Shown: in pieces, positions 62,721 through 64,000 of the stretch
Numbering within the stretch: the stretch's first letter is position 1
Layout of the letters: each line of letters begins with the position of its first letter
Origin: Candidatus Latescibacterota bacterium
Lineage (GTDB): Bacteria > Latescibacterota > UBA2968
Length of the DNA: 64,000 bases
Assembly: GCA_965198115.1 (NCBI GenBank)
Contig: OZ240241.1
Location: 8,362,056 to 8,426,055, forward strand
Direction of reading: 5' to 3'
The notes under the pieces: generated by a model
What the model was told of the DNA's origin: nothing
Database searches by the model: none
What the model saw: only the letters and a program-made list of their open reading frames with translations
Program-made: the position numbers and the translations under genes

Positions 62721-63174
62721 CTCGTTGGTTTTCAAGTACACGAACAGCACGTGGAAAGGGGATCCGTAGTCGAGGGTGTAAGGTTTTCTGCCTAAGTCTC
62801 AAACTGTTCTACAGTTTTACAGACCTGTGAGGGCAAGGTGATCCAGACGAGACATCACGTCGCAAGAAATCTCCTGGACGAGTTGATGGACGGCTACGAC
62901 AGGCTCGCCAGACGCGCTGGCCCTGGACGCGCTCATGCTCACCGTTAAGGTCCTGCAGGACATCGGAAATAACAGTTACCGGGTTCTGCTCACAACATTC
63001 CGCCACGGCCGAGCCGCGACGGAGAGGAAGCCAGGAGCAGCTTGCAGCAGAGGACAGTACCCCTTTTTGAAGCCGGTATCCGCCGGCTCGTTGCTTTTCA
63101 GAAGGCTGCCCTTCCTCACCCCAGGCGGTGCACCACTTCACCCAGGCCGATCAGGTGAACCAGCTTGTGGGGGG

Positions 63175-63561
63175 ATGCTCTGGGAGAGCAAGATCGAACT
63201 GGGCGAGGCGTTCTTTAACGAGATCATCCGCCACCCGGTGCCCCTCGACATGAACACCCTGAAGGCCCTCAAACGCTGCGCCGGCCTGGATCTCTACCTG
63301 TGGCTCACCTACCGGACGTTTGGCCTCAAGAGCTCGCTCCGGCTCTCCTGGAAGCAGTTGTACCGGCAGTTCGGGTTGCACCCAGACAAGGCCAGCGACA
63401 ACCGCACCGTTGACACCTTCCGCACAAAGTGCCTCCGTGAGTTGAAGAAGATCAAGATGTCCTGGCCGGATCTGAAGTACTCGATAGCCAAAGGCGTGTT
63501 GATCCTCCATCCTTCGAAGCCCGCCATCGCTCCGGCAGAGCAGAGAGCGTTAGTGAACTGA
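63175..63561 (+). pseudogene. repA: C-terminal part of a plasmid replication initiator RepA (RepA_C/IncW-like)
   Basis: LWESKIELGE.FF.EI..HPVPLD...L.AL.....LDLY.WLTYR...LSW.QL..QFG. Confidence 0.75.
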
Positions 63562-63563
63562 AT

Positions 63564-63590
63564 CCTCTCCCAGCTTAAAGCTGGGAGAGG
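63564..63590. terminator. Perfect hairpin after repA
   Basis: CCTCTCCCAGCT-TAA-AGCTGGGAGAGG between convergent genes. Confidence 0.55.
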
Positions 63591-63699
63591 TTCCAACTCA
63601 ACGCAGGGGCACCGTGGCCTTTTCGGGTCCTGTAACATACGTTCGCCGATGTTCATGAGTGCCGATGGGGCTCCACGAGGTTTCTACGATCTGCCAGCA

Positions 63700-64000
63700 T
63701 CAGTCTATGATGAACGACGGCTGGTAAGTCTTATGCTGCTTCCGGTCGTAGTCAAACTCGTACACGATACAGGGAGAGATGCCCTGGTGCTGCTGGCCAA
63801 GGTAGAATAGGAAGCTGTTCGGACACGCGGCAAAGATGTGCACTCGACAGTCCGGATTTTCGCCCTTCACTTCGCGCAATACGTTCGAAGCTTGTTCAGC
63901 CAACACGCATGCGTGTTGCCCGCCTGCGATGCTCTGTTGTCCGGGGCCATTCTGGGGATTCAGAGATACCAGCTTGCCTACATTTGGAAGCCTGGCCCTG
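63700..64000 (-). CDS. C-terminus of a SAVED-domain protein (continues beyond the window)
   Basis: GPGQQSI.G..HA..LAEQ...VHIFAACPNSFLFYLGQ......VYEFD......Y.PS. Confidence 0.75.
   Translation of the reverse strand, partial: RARLPNVGKLVSLNPQNGPGQQSIAGGQHACVLAEQASNVLREVKGENPDCRVHIFAACPNSFLFYLGQQHQGISPCIVYEFDYDRKQHKTYQPSFIID

Overview
High-GC bacterial DNA in two parts. Bases 1-18.65 kb hold a catabolic cluster: four PhyH-family and one TauD-family Fe/2OG dioxygenases, a GH32, three BNR/sialidase-like proteins, two M24 peptidases, a creatininase-family hydrolase and a truncated DHDPS/NanA-like lyase. Several of these are inactivated by IS256, ISL3, IS630 or single-base indels. From the IS630 at about 18.65 kb to the end, the window is a heavily decayed mobile-element mosaic. 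It contains a reconstructable but broken CBASS-type locus (patatin fragment, CD-NTase split by IS256, stand-alone E2 with a SEC-C zinc motif) and a SAVED-domain gene running off the right edge. It also has an integron cassette remnant (APRT gene plus attC, with an IS21 end at the cassette start), three damaged toxin-antitoxin pairs, ParA/ParG, serine and tyrosine recombinases, phage-satellite-like fragments and three RepA fragments. Other contents are three partial copies of an unknown gene that travels with a duplicated ABC substrate-binding lipoprotein, a duplicated ~250 bp structured non-coding element, a Sel1-repeat protein and an intact TonB-dependent receptor. I saw no rRNA, tRNA or CRISPR array. 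All family assignments come from reading motifs by eye and are not database hits.
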